A stretch of DNA of 64,000 bases from a bacterium (GCA_024233545.1 JACKPL010000009.1:6578-70577); one strand, 5' to 3'; counted from the first letter of the stretch, positions 11,090 to 21,759 are shown. The notes: generated by a model from the sequence alone, not told the origin. Numbers and translations: made by a program.

Positions 11090-11360
11090 TAGTAAAGTTG
11101 ACTTAGAAAAAGCTAAGTAAACTTTAGAGCCAAAAAATTTACTTAGGTATCCTTAAGGCAACTTTTGCCCCCGAAAGTTGCCTTAGCGGGTGAGGCAAAC
11201 TGTTAGATTGAGAACTTAATTTTGTAATATCTTGAGATAATGCAAGATATGTCAATTGCTTCCCGTGCTGTAACCCTCCTCGTGCTGTACCATATACAGA
11301 ACTTTTAAAACAGTTTTTCTTATGAAATAATTCAATATACATAGTCACAATATAGTACCT

Positions 11361-12431
11361 TTATAAGGAAGTATCATACCAGACATCATTATTAATATAA
11401 CTATCTAACCTATCAAGTATATCTAAATGAAGTCTTCTCAGAAAAACACTGTAATTAGGCGCAATATCATCAGGAAAGCTTATGATTTTTTCGATTATTT
11501 CTTTAAAATTTTGCATTGCTTCTAATGTATTTTTAATTACAAATGCCATAATAGGTTTGAGTGGAGCAATACATTTATTTTCAAATGTTTCCTCTTTCCA
11601 AACTTCAAACCTAGAAAAATGTTGCAGTTCATGAGAAACGCCAAAACCTTTTGGTGTTATATAAATTGTATGTGAAGGTGTGAATCCTTTATGATGTACA
11701 GCATTTCTAAAATCTTTCATTTTTTTGAAAAAAGATTCTTCATGATAATAAAAGTCTATGATGTTTTGCGGTAAACCAAAATTCTCCCCTTTTTTAAGTT
11801 CAAATAGCATTTTTGAAAAAGAATCTTTAATTAGATTTTTTTTCTGTATTGATTGATCCTTTAAAGTAATATTTTCCCAAATAGAATAAATTATTGACTG
11901 TAATAGATCATATAAACTTTGACATACACTAAATATATATTCTATTTCAGTTACCACAAATCTTTGAATATCATATCCTTTGAGATTATTATTGACCCAG
12001 AAAAATAATTCTAATTTCTTCATTGAAGATGCTAAGTTATGAATATCATTTTCGATTGGTTGAGCATATAAAAAGACTTTTCCCACTGAATAACATTTTT
12101 GATAAATAAAATTAATAAATGGGAAATAAAAATCTTCGTTCCTGTTTTTTATTTTTCCAAAATAACTGCCTGACACAAGATCTAATACTTTTAAATCGAA
12201 AAATTGCTCTTCAAAAGTAGGGTTGAATTGATGAAACACCCCATTATCATCAAGTACAGGAAGATTAGGGATAGTTTCCCTTTGAGAAATGTTCCTGATA
12301 TGAAACACTTTTTTTAATCTTTCAGGACTAATTTTTGTAGAAAATAATTGATTTTTAAACATGCGAATTGACATTTTCCCATGAATTGTGCCAAGTATAA
12401 TTAGCATTTTAATACTAAACAGTATAACCAA
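11361..12431 (-). CDS. hypothetical protein with a HEPN-like R-x4-H motif (FRNAVHH); possible Abi-type protein
   Basis: A 356-aa ORF in visibly AT-rich DNA, with the motif KDFRNAVHHKG. The start is uncertain: TTG at 12431 or internal Met codons. Confidence 0.55.
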   Translation of the reverse strand: MVILFSIKMLIILGTIHGKMSIRMFKNQLFSTKISPERLKKVFHIRNISQRETIPNLPVLDDNGVFHQFNPTFEEQFFDLKVLDLVSGSYFGKIKNRNEDFYFPFINFIYQKCYSVGKVFLYAQPIENDIHNLASSMKKLELFFWVNNNLKGYDIQRFVVTEIEYIFSVCQSLYDLLQSIIYSIWENITLKDQSIQKKNLIKDSFSKMLFELKKGENFGLPQNIIDFYYHEESFFKKMKDFRNAVHHKGFTPSHTIYITPKGFGVSHELQHFSRFEVWKEETFENKCIAPLKPIMAFVIKNTLEAMQNFKEIIEKIISFPDDIAPNYSVFLRRLHLDILDRLDSYINNDVWYDTSL

Positions 12432-12560
12432 TATTACCCACTCTATTCATACACGTTGCCTTTGTCAATTCTCAATACAGAAAATTTTCCACTCAATATT
12501 TTTATTATTTGCAATTTCATTATAAAATGTTACAACATATTTCTATATGGGAAGTATGCA

Positions 12561-14096
12561 ATGAGGCACATTATTTTATTACATCACTATATAATACTGT
12601 CATTATTCTTATCTATACAACTCTTCGGAAACGATCAGGAAGGCTACGAGCAGAAAATCCAAACCGCTTTGGCAGAACACCGGTATTCGGATGCGGTTCC
12701 CCTGCTTACCGATGCCATCGCCGCAACACCCGGCAACCCGCACCTTCACAAAAAACTCGGCACATGCTACGAAGAACTTGAACACTATGATGCGGCGCTG
12801 AAGAGCTATTTTTCGGCACTGCAACAACTGCAGTACGATGCGGAACTCCATACCGCCATCGCGCGCTGTTATTACCATACATACCGTGATACCGACGCCA
12901 TCGCTCATCTCGATACGGCACTTGAGATACAAAACAACTCTGCGGAAACCCACTATTGGCGCGCGCTCTGTTACGTGCATACCGGCAGTCTGCAATCCGC
13001 CCTTAGAGACTTATCGCGCGCTCTGGATATCTCGCCTCATTTCAGCGATGCATACCTTGCTCGATGCAAGCTCCATGAATCCGCCGGCAACCTTCAGGAA
13101 GCGGCCGCCGATTATGCCGCTGTTCTCGCCTATGACCCCATCAGTGAAGAGGCTCTCCTTAACCGGGCACGCATCTATCTGGCACAGAATGATTTTCAAG
13201 CGGCACTAACGGATTTAAACACCCTAATTGCTCATCACCCGAATAACACTTTAGCGTTACTGGAGAGGGCGGCGCTCATGGCAAAAAATTATCAATATAC
13301 GCATGCTTTCGCCGACTATTCGCAGGCGCTTTCGCTCAATCCGTCTCTTGAAGAAGGATTCTTGCGGCGCGGCATGCTTTATCAGCACCGGCGCAATTAT
13401 CAGGCCGCTTGTGCAGATTTCTCGCGCACGCTGGAGCTCAATCCGCAATCCGCCGCCGCGTATCTTAACCGCGCCGACTGCTACCGCCGGATAAAGCAAC
13501 TGGACAAAGCATATGCCGATTATGCCGCATTGACTGTACTGCTTCCTGAAAATACAGCGGATTTTTCTCTTATCCGCGGTGACATAGCCCTCGCGCTAGG
13601 CGACATCAACCGTGCTGTCAGCGATTTCAATACCGCGCTGGAAACCGGTACGCCGTACGGTTCGCTTCATATCAAGCTGGCGCGCGCATACCGGTTCAAG
13701 GATAATTTTCGCGAAGCAGAGCATCATTACGAAAAAGCGTTGATGCTGTCTCCCGCTATTCCCGCTTATTATGTAGAACTTGGAAAACTGTATTTGGATC
13801 AAGGAAACGTATCGAAAGCGCAACAGTGTTTTCTGCAAGCACTCAAACTCGACGTTTGGAATCCCGAAGCAAACACGTATACCGCACTATTGTTAACCCG
13901 TCTCGGTTCGGCTAACCTTGCCGAAGATTATTTTGCTAATGCATTGCGGTTCAACCCTACTTTTTCCGCCGCTTATTTTTATCGAGCAATAGCGTTTATC
14001 GAACAATACGATGCTCAGAAAACATTCGGTGACCTACTCCGTTCATCGTATACTGTCTCACCTTCATATCGGCATGAACAACCATTTTCCCGCTAA
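12561..14096 (+). CDS. TPR-repeat protein with N-terminal signal or anchor
   Basis: Repeated 34-aa A/Y/L-rich units (e.g. AYLNRADCYRRIKQLDKAYADYAAL). The start was chosen at MRHIILLHHYIILSLFL (ATG 12561). Confidence 0.8.
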   Translation: MRHIILLHHYIILSLFLSIQLFGNDQEGYEQKIQTALAEHRYSDAVPLLTDAIAATPGNPHLHKKLGTCYEELEHYDAALKSYFSALQQLQYDAELHTAIARCYYHTYRDTDAIAHLDTALEIQNNSAETHYWRALCYVHTGSLQSALRDLSRALDISPHFSDAYLARCKLHESAGNLQEAAADYAAVLAYDPISEEALLNRARIYLAQNDFQAALTDLNTLIAHHPNNTLALLERAALMAKNYQYTHAFADYSQALSLNPSLEEGFLRRGMLYQHRRNYQAACADFSRTLELNPQSAAAYLNRADCYRRIKQLDKAYADYAALTVLLPENTADFSLIRGDIALALGDINRAVSDFNTALETGTPYGSLHIKLARAYRFKDNFREAEHHYEKALMLSPAIPAYYVELGKLYLDQGNVSKAQQCFLQALKLDVWNPEANTYTALLLTRLGSANLAEDYFANALRFNPTFSAAYFYRAIAFIEQYDAQKTFGDLLRSSYTVSPSYRHEQPFSR

Positions 14097-14413
14097 GTAT
14101 TAAACGAATTCTCTGCCAACAATAAGGATTAGAGGTGCAACACACCATCAAAATTAACCATGGAAAAAACTTCAAATTCCATCATATATACCGCACATAC
14201 TATGTAAAATTTCTTTCTATTTGTAAATAATATTTACAGAATTAAGCCGTTGTATTCTTCATCCCGCAAACATTCCAGATTATTTTATTGTAAAAAAATG
14301 TATTCAAATAAGCACTTTAAATACAGGAATAACATCATAAAAACACGTTTGGCACAAATAATGATTACAATCATTCCAGAAACAAACGACATATAATAAA
14401 GGAGGATTGAGTT

Positions 14414-15023
14414 ATGAAAATGAAACCTACACCGCTCGGAATGATAGTCGGACTCGTTTTACTAGTCCTTTTGGTAATGGCAGTATTCGGAAACGAAATA
14501 GAAGAAAAGCGAGAACAGCTGACCGCCTACGCCGCAGAATTAACCGCCTACATCACTCAAGCGATTGCAGACTATGAGCAGACAAGAACCGTCTTCGAAA
14601 AAGAAAACAGCGAATTTCTTGAAACCGCTCGGTACAACCAGCGCCTTCTGAATCTAAAACAACAACAGATTGATACGATGAAAGAACTGCTGTTATCCGT
14701 TAGGAACAATGATATGAAGTCGATAGAAGCATTAGAAAAACAGCAGATAATCAATGAACACCTTTTCAACATAGCCGCGCTGGAAAAAGACAGGATGATC
14801 GTTATTGGAGACATTAAAAAAACGAGCCCAGATTTATGCTCCGGCCAACAATACGGAACTGAACAGCACTATAAAAAAGCTTGAAACAACCTATGCTGAA
14901 ATCATTGAGCGTGAAGAAAACGTTTTCGCACAAGCACAGTACTTGCGGTCGCTGTACAAAGCAAAGGAAGAAACTCTTGCGGACTGTGAAGAGTGTTTTG
15001 AACAGCTGAATAAAAAGAACTAA
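14414..15023 (+). pseudogene. membrane-anchored coiled-coil protein split by a 1-nt frameshift at an A7 run (may be an assembly artefact)
   Basis: ORFs 14414-14884 and 14805-15023 overlap in different frames. Removing one A from the run at 14816-14822 joins ...IGDIKK to RAQIYAPANNTELNSTIKKLE... Confidence 0.55.
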
Positions 15024-15190
15024 CCACCACCTCAGCTGAACTCAAACCACCTTCACTTTAAATACACCCCGCGTATCGTAATGATGCGCGGGGCTCGCAT
15101 TTAGAACTTGTGTCTAAGAAAATATCAAGATGAAAAGCGTTTCTCCCTTTTCTGTCATTTCGCAGAAAGCCTTTCATGCAGGAAGAACTA

Positions 15191-15694
15191 TTATTGTTTA
15201 TCACGATATTGCTTTGGATAGATAAAAAATGCCAGTTCGCCAGCCGACTCGGCAATTTCTCTCCATGAATTAACCGCAAAAGTAATACATACTATGCCGC
15301 AGGTAGGGAACTTATCGATTGTTCGCGGTATTAAAATGGCGGCAAGATCATAAAAATCAGGGTTATGCCCAAACAGCATAACCGAGTTCAATGAATCGTC
15401 TAAACCGCGGATCATGCCAACAATTCCTTCCGCATCGGAATCGTACAGTGTGGCATCGATTCTAATTTCTTCTGCAGGATATCTTATGTGCTCGGCAATA
15501 CTGTTTGCAGTGTCAAGCGCTCGTTTGGCAGGACTGGAGATGACTGCGTCCGGTTTAATGCCTTTTTTTCTGACTGCTTTACCGATAAGAGACGCATCAT
15601 TTTTACCGCGGTTTTCCAGCGGGCGTTCAATATCAGGCATATCGGTATCTTTAAAACCTGATTTGGCGTGGCGTACCAGCAGTAGTTCCTTCAT
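15191..15694 (-). CDS. sixA: histidine phosphatase family protein (SixA-like)
   Basis: LLLVRHAKSGF carries the RHA(K/G) catalytic motif, and HNPDF lies later in the protein. The start is at MKELLLV (ATG 15694) behind a G-rich RBS. Confidence 0.75.
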   Translation of the reverse strand: MKELLLVRHAKSGFKDTDMPDIERPLENRGKNDASLIGKAVRKKGIKPDAVISSPAKRALDTANSIAEHIRYPAEEIRIDATLYDSDAEGIVGMIRGLDDSLNSVMLFGHNPDFYDLAAILIPRTIDKFPTCGIVCITFAVNSWREIAESAGELAFFIYPKQYRDKQ

Positions 15695-15816
15695 GTCATT
15701 CCCCCCGTTTATTTTCTCTTCACCCCTATTATTTCGAGAAATGACGTTGGATTGCAATAAAATAATTTCCACTGCAAAAACAGAGTTGCCTCACACTCTG
15801 TTCTGCAACAAAAAAA

Positions 15817-17343
15817 CTACACGGATAGTTTAAATTTCGCAACAAGGTTCTTCAGTAACACAACCTGCGTTTTCATTTCTTCTGATGCCGCCGCCATTTC
15901 TTCAGCGCTCGATGCATTTGTTTCTGTGATGGATGTGCTTTCTTCCATGCTTGCGGCTTGTTCTTGGGTAGCGGAAGAAATAGCATGAATCTGGTTCGCC
16001 GCATTCTCGATATCTGCAACAATTTCCTTCAACATCTTTCCAGCTTCCTGAGATAACTGAACACCGGCAGAAACTTGCGTAAGGCTATCTTGAATGACAT
16101 TGGTAATTTCTTCTGCGGATTTTGCACTGCGTTCCGCCAATTTTCGCACTTCGTCCGCAACGACAGCAAACCCTTTTCCATGTTCTCCTGCACGCGATGC
16201 TTCTATAGCGGCATTTAATGCTAAAAGATTCGTCTGGTCAGATAAATCAGTGATAATGCCGACTGCCTCGGCAATTTGTTTTGAACTTTTCTCTATCGTC
16301 TCTATAGCAGTAATAGTACTATCCATTTTCGAACCGATTCCGAGAGCATAGTTCGCCGCTTTTGTCGTTAGTTGCTCTGCCTCTTGCGCATTGACAGCGT
16401 TCGACTGCATCGAACTGGAAAGTTCTTCGAAATGCGCCGACTGCTGTTGAGCACCGTCGGCAATTTGTTGAGCCGCTGAAGAGACTTCGTCACCGCCCTC
16501 AGACAATCGTTGTGCTGAAACATTCACCTCAACCATAATAGCCGCGAGTTTCTCCATGAACACATTTGTCCACCGAGCAAGCTCTCCGATTTCGTCTTTT
16601 GTATGAATCGAAACTCGTTTTGTCAGGTCGCCTTCTCCTTGTGCAATATCTTGAATGGTTGCAACAAGCTGTTTCATAACGGCAACAACGCTTTTTTCCA
16701 TTACGGTCAGCACTATGCCCATCAGCACCGCTACGATACCGCAGATCAGAAACATGCCTTTTTTCATTGTGCTATAGCGTGTTTCTGCATGCGCTCGGTC
16801 ACGCTCTGCCGTTGCCAGAGTAACGTTCTCCAATTCATCGATTGTACTGCGCATGGATTCAAACTGTTCTTTAGCGCCTGCCAACGATAGATCGATGGCA
16901 AGGGCACGCCCTTCACGGGTATCGGCTTTTCTTCCTTCGACAATCTGTTGCGACAGGGTTTTCCATTTGGAAAATTCGTTTTGAAACCGCTCAATTTTAT
17001 CCAGCTCATCCTGTGTATGTTGAAGCGCAACATACGTATCCCACCGCTGTTGCACTTGCCCGATATTTTCATCATATTCCGCTATCAATGCCTTAAAAAT
17101 ATCGGATGACGCGTTGGCAAATATCATTGACCGCTCCGCAACAAGAGCTTGCTGTAAATCTCGGTCGATTTCCAGCAAGAGATTGATCGCAGGTATGGTA
17201 TTGCAAAAGGTTATATTCAACTCATTTTTAATTTCTCCGGCATTATATAGCCCGTTCCACACAAGAATGATCAAACTGGCAAAAAGAAAGCCGAACGCTA
17301 GAAGAAATTTCTGTCTGAACTTTAAATTATTAAACCAACGCAT
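15817..17343 (-). CDS. methyl-accepting chemotaxis protein
   Basis: Two TM segments flank a helical periplasmic region of about 170 aa, followed by a HAMP domain. The signalling hairpin is [34 protein letters not shown]. Confidence 0.92.
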   Translation of the reverse strand: MRWFNNLKFRQKFLLAFGFLFASLIILVWNGLYNAGEIKNELNITFCNTIPAINLLLEIDRDLQQALVAERSMIFANASSDIFKALIAEYDENIGQVQQRWDTYVALQHTQDELDKIERFQNEFSKWKTLSQQIVEGRKADTREGRALAIDLSLAGAKEQFESMRSTIDELENVTLATAERDRAHAETRYSTMKKGMFLICGIVAVLMGIVLTVMEKSVVAVMKQLVATIQDIAQGEGDLTKRVSIHTKDEIGELARWTNVFMEKLAAIMVEVNVSAQRLSEGGDEVSSAAQQIADGAQQQSAHFEELSSSMQSNAVNAQEAEQLTTKAANYALGIGSKMDSTITAIETIEKSSKQIAEAVGIITDLSDQTNLLALNAAIEASRAGEHGKGFAVVADEVRKLAERSAKSAEEITNVIQDSLTQVSAGVQLSQEAGKMLKEIVADIENAANQIHAISSATQEQAASMEESTSITETNASSAEEMAAASEEMKTQVVLLKNLVAKFKLSV

Positions 17344-17361
17344 GACGGCACCTCCACCCGT

Positions 17362-17916
17362 TTAGTTTCCGAGTAACGCATCAACATCAATGCCGACAGT
17401 GATTGTTCCTATTGTTGTTTCACCGTCCTTAACCGGAACGGATACTTGAACGAGATATCCTTGAGTACTGTCATCGAATTTTACTTCATCGACAAAGATG
17501 CTTCCGGCACCGTTATTGAATGATTTTTGGAATTTCGCCTCATCGCCTTGCCAATAATCAGACGTTTTATCGGTCATGGCGACATTTGCACCTTGATTAT
17601 CCATCACGAAAATTTCTGAAAAGTATGGTTTTGAGTCTCTAAATGATTTTATTCTCTTTGCGCATTCGGTATCCATGAGGGACTGCATAAAATCGGCTAT
17701 GCCGGGCGTTTTTTGCCACTCTTCGTCTTGCGCCTTAATTTGATCAAGGCTTTTTCCCTGTGAATTTGCGGCTTGTACTGCGGCTATAATAACCGGATCC
17801 GCACCAAGTGCCGCTATTTCAGTCTGAGCAAGCCCATATACTTGTTCCGGCGCTTTTTCCGCATATACACTACATACAAACAAAATACTTGCCACACACG
17901 CCATTATGGTTTTCAT
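17362..17916 (-). CDS. periplasmic sensor-like protein (Cache/PDC-like fold suspected)
   Basis: Signal peptide MKTIMACVASILFVCSVYA. The C-terminal half (DKTSDYWQGDEAKF...GYLVQVSVPVKDGETTIGTITVGIDV) resembles extracytoplasmic sensor modules. The gene ends 19 nt upstream of the MCP gene on the same strand. Confidence 0.65.
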   Translation of the reverse strand: MKTIMACVASILFVCSVYAEKAPEQVYGLAQTEIAALGADPVIIAAVQAANSQGKSLDQIKAQDEEWQKTPGIADFMQSLMDTECAKRIKSFRDSKPYFSEIFVMDNQGANVAMTDKTSDYWQGDEAKFQKSFNNGAGSIFVDEVKFDDSTQGYLVQVSVPVKDGETTIGTITVGIDVDALLGN

Positions 17917-18422
17917 CACACAACATTCCTTTTTTAAATTTACGAATCTATCTATAAACGAAGAAATAACTCGCTGTTTTTTTGTATACGGCACATAGAG
18001 TCATAATTATAGATACACACAAGCTTACTTATCTCTTTCGGCTTGTTATAGATTTAATTAATTTTTTATGATCTGCTCTGAAAACTTCTTATCCGAACTA
18101 CATATTCCGATTTGTGCATATATAGAAGAACTCATAGTGTAAACAGTTTGTTATCTTTTTATTTTTACGGTGCTTTACCAGCTTGCCATAACCATTTCTA
18201 TACATAAATATGATTCGTTTCACAAAAGAGGTTGAGTATGTGTAAAAATACTTGTCGGTTTTTGATAACCGCTACTGCTTTGTGTTGTTCGCCCATCGTA
18301 AACGCCGCTACCGATTCCCTGTCCCTCAGTATCAGCGTTAGTTCCCGAACCTTCGGCAACATTGCTTTTTCTTGTTGGTTTACTAACCATATATACGAAA
18401 TAAAATCTCATTGTATAAAAAG

Positions 18423-18454
18423 AAAAACCGGCTCGCTTTATAAGCCGGTTTTTC
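18423..18454. terminator. bidirectional hairpin terminator
   Basis: The stem is aaccggct/agccggtt (18426-18433 with 18443-18450). It is flanked by an A-run on one side and a T-run on the other, so a T-run follows it on both strands. It lies 30 nt after the stop of the minus-strand gene ending at 18487. Confidence 0.7.
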
Positions 18455-18486
18455 TTTTGGAAACGCATTTATATAAACTATGCGCG

Positions 18487-20064
18487 TTAATTGTATGGTT
18501 CAATTACCGCATAGAGTGTTGTAGTTCCGCTAACTTCATTGGAAACAACCAATAACGGAACGCCCGTAGGCGATTGATTCGCTGGAATAAATAAAATACC
18601 TTCTGGAGCAAGGCCGCCGGCGGTCCCCTCTTCAGGGTTGCCGTCAAAATTGCGGTTAGTGACGTAGTCGGAAAAATGCGGCGTAAACGGATTGGTCACA
18701 TCGTAAATCATGATGCCGCCCATCCGCTCAAGCCCGATAAACGCATAGGTATGTCCATTGATTACTCCTAAAACAACGTTTTCCGGTTCCGGCCCTTTAT
18801 CGTCACTGCGGTTATCGAACGAATTGTTTTCTTCGTTGTTTGAATTGAAGTTTGCGGGAAAAAAAGATGCGGTAATTTCTTCAAATTCACTGCCGCTGTC
18901 GTATACAAGCCGGCCGTCCTCCGTCCAAATGGAAAAAGAGCGTGCTCCGAATGAGTAAATATGATGAAACACATCCGTGCCATCGGATGCAGTAGTTTTC
19001 CCGGACGGCGGAAACGCGGTTGTTTTCAAACGACCGAGGTTTTCTTTTTCTTGAATATCCGGATACAAGCTGAGGAAATAAGGATGCAGAGTAATGTCTT
19101 CAACACGTTCTTCTTCACTAAACCCGTCATAATCGCGGGAATCGCCTTCATTTGCGGTAATGAGAAACGTTTTCCCGTATGCAGTATATGACGCTATCCC
19201 ATCGGGCAGATACATGCCTCTCACCTGCCATGGACGAATGTTGATTGTATTATCCCGGTCGCTGGCATCGAACGCGTTACGCCAGAAAAGGTGCTGTTTG
19301 AAACCGAGAGGAATAATATCGGTTACTCTCGCTTGTTTAATATCGACTACGGCAATCGCATTATTTTCCTGAAGAGTAACATACGCGGTTCGAGAATCAT
19401 CGGAAACAGTAATGTATTCCGGTTCAAAGTCTTGAGCGGCTGATGCGTTAGGGCCGAATATACGGACGCCTTTCTCGCGTAATCTGTCCTCTTTGCCGTT
19501 ATACCGTCTGAAATGGGCCGTTTCGACAGATATTCTTCTTAATCCTCGCGATAAGTTAATTATACTTATTGATCCTTCGGGATCGACTGTATAGTCATCG
19601 CTCGGTTCGCCTTCGTTGGCAACGATGATTTTTTTGCCGTTCGGAGTGAACGCCAGCATATCAGGCAAAGCGCCGACAGCGACATGCGTCAAAGGCATGC
19701 CGTCCGCATCAAAAAGCGCAACAGTGCCGGCATCGGTCTTAGCTTCAGCAACAATTGCTACCGCGACCATTCCGTTATACACATCCACGCTGGTCGGGTC
19801 AGCTCCATACGGCGTAACATCTATGGACGCATGGAGCGACGGCGATTCAGGATTGCTGATATCGAGCACATCAATGCGCGCCTGAGCGCCGTTCGCCACA
19901 AAAAGGCGTTGCGTTGCGGGGTCGTATGCCGCAATTTCCGCCGCACTGCCGTTAAAGATTCCTGCAGAATATGTTCCCAATTGCTCCAATGTTATTTCTG
20001 CAGTCACAAACCGCGCAGTAAAAATCAGTACCGCACTTATCATCATTCTTATTGTTCGTTTCAT
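18487..20064 (-). CDS. secreted beta-propeller-type protein (choice-of-anchor I-like, from memory)
   Basis: Signal peptide MKRTIRMMISAVLIFTARFVTA. Further blocks are AAEIAAYDPATQRLFVANG and the C-terminal APEGILFIPANQSPTGVPLLVVSNEVSGTTTLYAV. The start ATG at 20064 follows a GGGAGAA RBS. Confidence 0.65.
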   Translation of the reverse strand: MKRTIRMMISAVLIFTARFVTAEITLEQLGTYSAGIFNGSAAEIAAYDPATQRLFVANGAQARIDVLDISNPESPSLHASIDVTPYGADPTSVDVYNGMVAVAIVAEAKTDAGTVALFDADGMPLTHVAVGALPDMLAFTPNGKKIIVANEGEPSDDYTVDPEGSISIINLSRGLRRISVETAHFRRYNGKEDRLREKGVRIFGPNASAAQDFEPEYITVSDDSRTAYVTLQENNAIAVVDIKQARVTDIIPLGFKQHLFWRNAFDASDRDNTINIRPWQVRGMYLPDGIASYTAYGKTFLITANEGDSRDYDGFSEEERVEDITLHPYFLSLYPDIQEKENLGRLKTTAFPPSGKTTASDGTDVFHHIYSFGARSFSIWTEDGRLVYDSGSEFEEITASFFPANFNSNNEENNSFDNRSDDKGPEPENVVLGVINGHTYAFIGLERMGGIMIYDVTNPFTPHFSDYVTNRNFDGNPEEGTAGGLAPEGILFIPANQSPTGVPLLVVSNEVSGTTTLYAVIEPYN

Positions 20065-20342
20065 ATGATTCTCCCTTTTAAAGACGTGTTGCTGTCCCCC
20101 CACAAAACGCCGTTATTCTTTCATTATATAATTAGCGGAGAATTAAAGCATGTTTAAAAAACTATTAACCAAATACATGATTGCTAATCTTATCCTAAAA
20201 AAGCATTGAATCTATACTTTTATCAGAATAGAATGTATAATAATTGCTTTTCTTTTTCGATACTATGAAAACAACGGAATATAAAGAAGTCTCCGTTATT
20301 CATCATATAGACAATCTGACACACTGCCTAAAAGGATTCACA

Positions 20343-21659
20343 ATGAAAATAACCGATGCCGCAACGAAAAAAAGTTTAAAGGCATCTTTCAAAGACGGGA
20401 TATTTGCCGGCGCAATGACCGGATTCACCCAAGAATATTTTACCCCCTTTTTACTTCTCCTCGGCGGAACCGTTCGGCATGTGGGGTTCTTGAGCGCATT
20501 GCCCAACCTAACCGCATCTTTAGGGCAACTTATAAGCGCTGAAATTGTTACATGGCTCGGCTCACGGAAAAAAACAATAACATTGTTTGTTTTCCTGCAG
20601 GCAGTAATGCTGATTCCTATGATCGGCGTAGCGCTTTATAAACATAGTTCGCCTGCTTTGTTTATCGCCTTCGTGGTACTCTTTACCTGTTTCGGCGCAT
20701 TAGCCAATCCCGCATGGGGAAGCCTTATGTCGGATTTAGTCCCGACAGGCCAGCGCGGGCATTATTTCGGATGGCGAAACAAAACGCTCAGTTTCGTTAC
20801 CATCGGCACAATGTTCGCCGCGGGAATTCTCCTTTTTTTCATGAAAAAAGCTGATGTGTACTGGGGGTTTGCGCTCCTCTTTGCCTGCGCGTTCATCTGG
20901 AGAATTATTTCGTGGTATTTTCTTACAAAAATGCATGAACCGCCGCTCCATTCCCCTAAAGAAAACCATTTTACCCTATTTCAATTCTTAGCCCGCCTCC
21001 ACACAAGCAATTTCGCACAATTTGTGCTTTTTGTTTCGCTGATGAATTTTTCGGTCAATGTTGCCGCACCGTTTTTTAATGTATTCATGCTTAAAGACCT
21101 CAAGTTCAATTATTTGCTCTATACAGTCATCAACCTTACCGCTACGTTTACCACATACTGCACGATTGCCCGCTGGGGACGCCATGCCGATAAAGTGGGA
21201 AACCTGAAAATAATCCAGACTACCGCGCCGTTAATCGCATTTATTCCGGTCTTGTGGATTATTAACCGGAACACTCTGTTTCTTATTGTTGCACAGGTGT
21301 TCTCGGGATTCCTGTGGGCAGGGTTCAACCTCTGCTCGTCCACTTTTATCTACGATGCGGTCAGCCCTGAAAAACGCACTCGGTGCATCGCTTATTTTAA
21401 TACGCTGAACGGCACCGCGCTATGCCTTGGCGCCATAACCGGCGGTTTTTTACTGCCCGTTCTTCCGCCTCTTTTCGGGCATAAAATGTTGACGCTTTTT
21501 CTTATCTCCTCGCTGTTAAGGATATGTGTCGGACTAACATTGCCGCGCAAACTCAAAGAAGTACGGCAAGTTGAACATATCAAAAGCGACGAACTGTTCT
21601 TCAGCATGATCGGCATACGCCCTATGATTGGAATCGAACGAAAAACAATTCGCTATTAG
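20343..21659 (+). CDS. MFS-type transporter
   Basis: About 12 predicted hydrophobic helices, with a GQRGHYFGWRN loop between TM2 and TM3 in the MFS signature position. The start is at MKITDAATKK (ATG 20343). Confidence 0.8.
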   Translation: MKITDAATKKSLKASFKDGIFAGAMTGFTQEYFTPFLLLLGGTVRHVGFLSALPNLTASLGQLISAEIVTWLGSRKKTITLFVFLQAVMLIPMIGVALYKHSSPALFIAFVVLFTCFGALANPAWGSLMSDLVPTGQRGHYFGWRNKTLSFVTIGTMFAAGILLFFMKKADVYWGFALLFACAFIWRIISWYFLTKMHEPPLHSPKENHFTLFQFLARLHTSNFAQFVLFVSLMNFSVNVAAPFFNVFMLKDLKFNYLLYTVINLTATFTTYCTIARWGRHADKVGNLKIIQTTAPLIAFIPVLWIINRNTLFLIVAQVFSGFLWAGFNLCSSTFIYDAVSPEKRTRCIAYFNTLNGTALCLGAITGGFLLPVLPPLFGHKMLTLFLISSLLRICVGLTLPRKLKEVRQVEHIKSDELFFSMIGIRPMIGIERKTIRY

Positions 21660-21759
21660 TAAAATGGCGATACTGCTATACACGAAAAACGAAACATGGT
21701 AAAAAAGGATACTCTGTTTCTTCCTTTCAACATAATTATATGAAAGCGGACAAATACAT

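Noticed and set aside
11139-11348. 69-aa minus-strand ORF downstream of the HEPN-like gene
   Set aside because: It has no RBS and overlaps two strong hairpins. The region is more likely structured non-coding DNA.
14222-14238. Perfect 17-bp palindrome TGTAAATA-A-TATTTACA upstream of the coiled-coil gene, considered as an operator (LexA-like CTGT...ACAG was checked)
   Set aside because: The spacing is off by one for a LexA box. An 8-bp-arm AT-only palindrome is expected by chance a few times in AT-rich intergenic DNA of this length.
14351-14375. ttggcacaaataatgatt, considered as a sigma54 (-24 GG / -12 GC) promoter
   Set aside because: The -12 element is GA rather than GC at the required GG-N10-GC spacing, and no enhancer-binding protein context is present.
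15067-15093. Hairpin ccccgcg-N13-cgcgggg between the convergent genes at 15023 and 15191, considered as a terminator
   Set aside because: The 13-nt loop is large and no T-run follows on either strand. The evidence is too weak to annotate.
18220-18555. Two small ORFs (107 aa on the plus strand, 82 aa on the minus strand) between the sensor-like gene and the propeller gene. The plus-strand one has a decent AAGAGG RBS before ATG 18238.
   Set aside because: The plus-strand ORF reads straight through the bidirectional terminator hairpin (18426-18450) and into the neighbouring gene. Both are Cys/Ser-rich with no recognisable features. A short peptide ending before the hairpin cannot be excluded, but it is unsupported.
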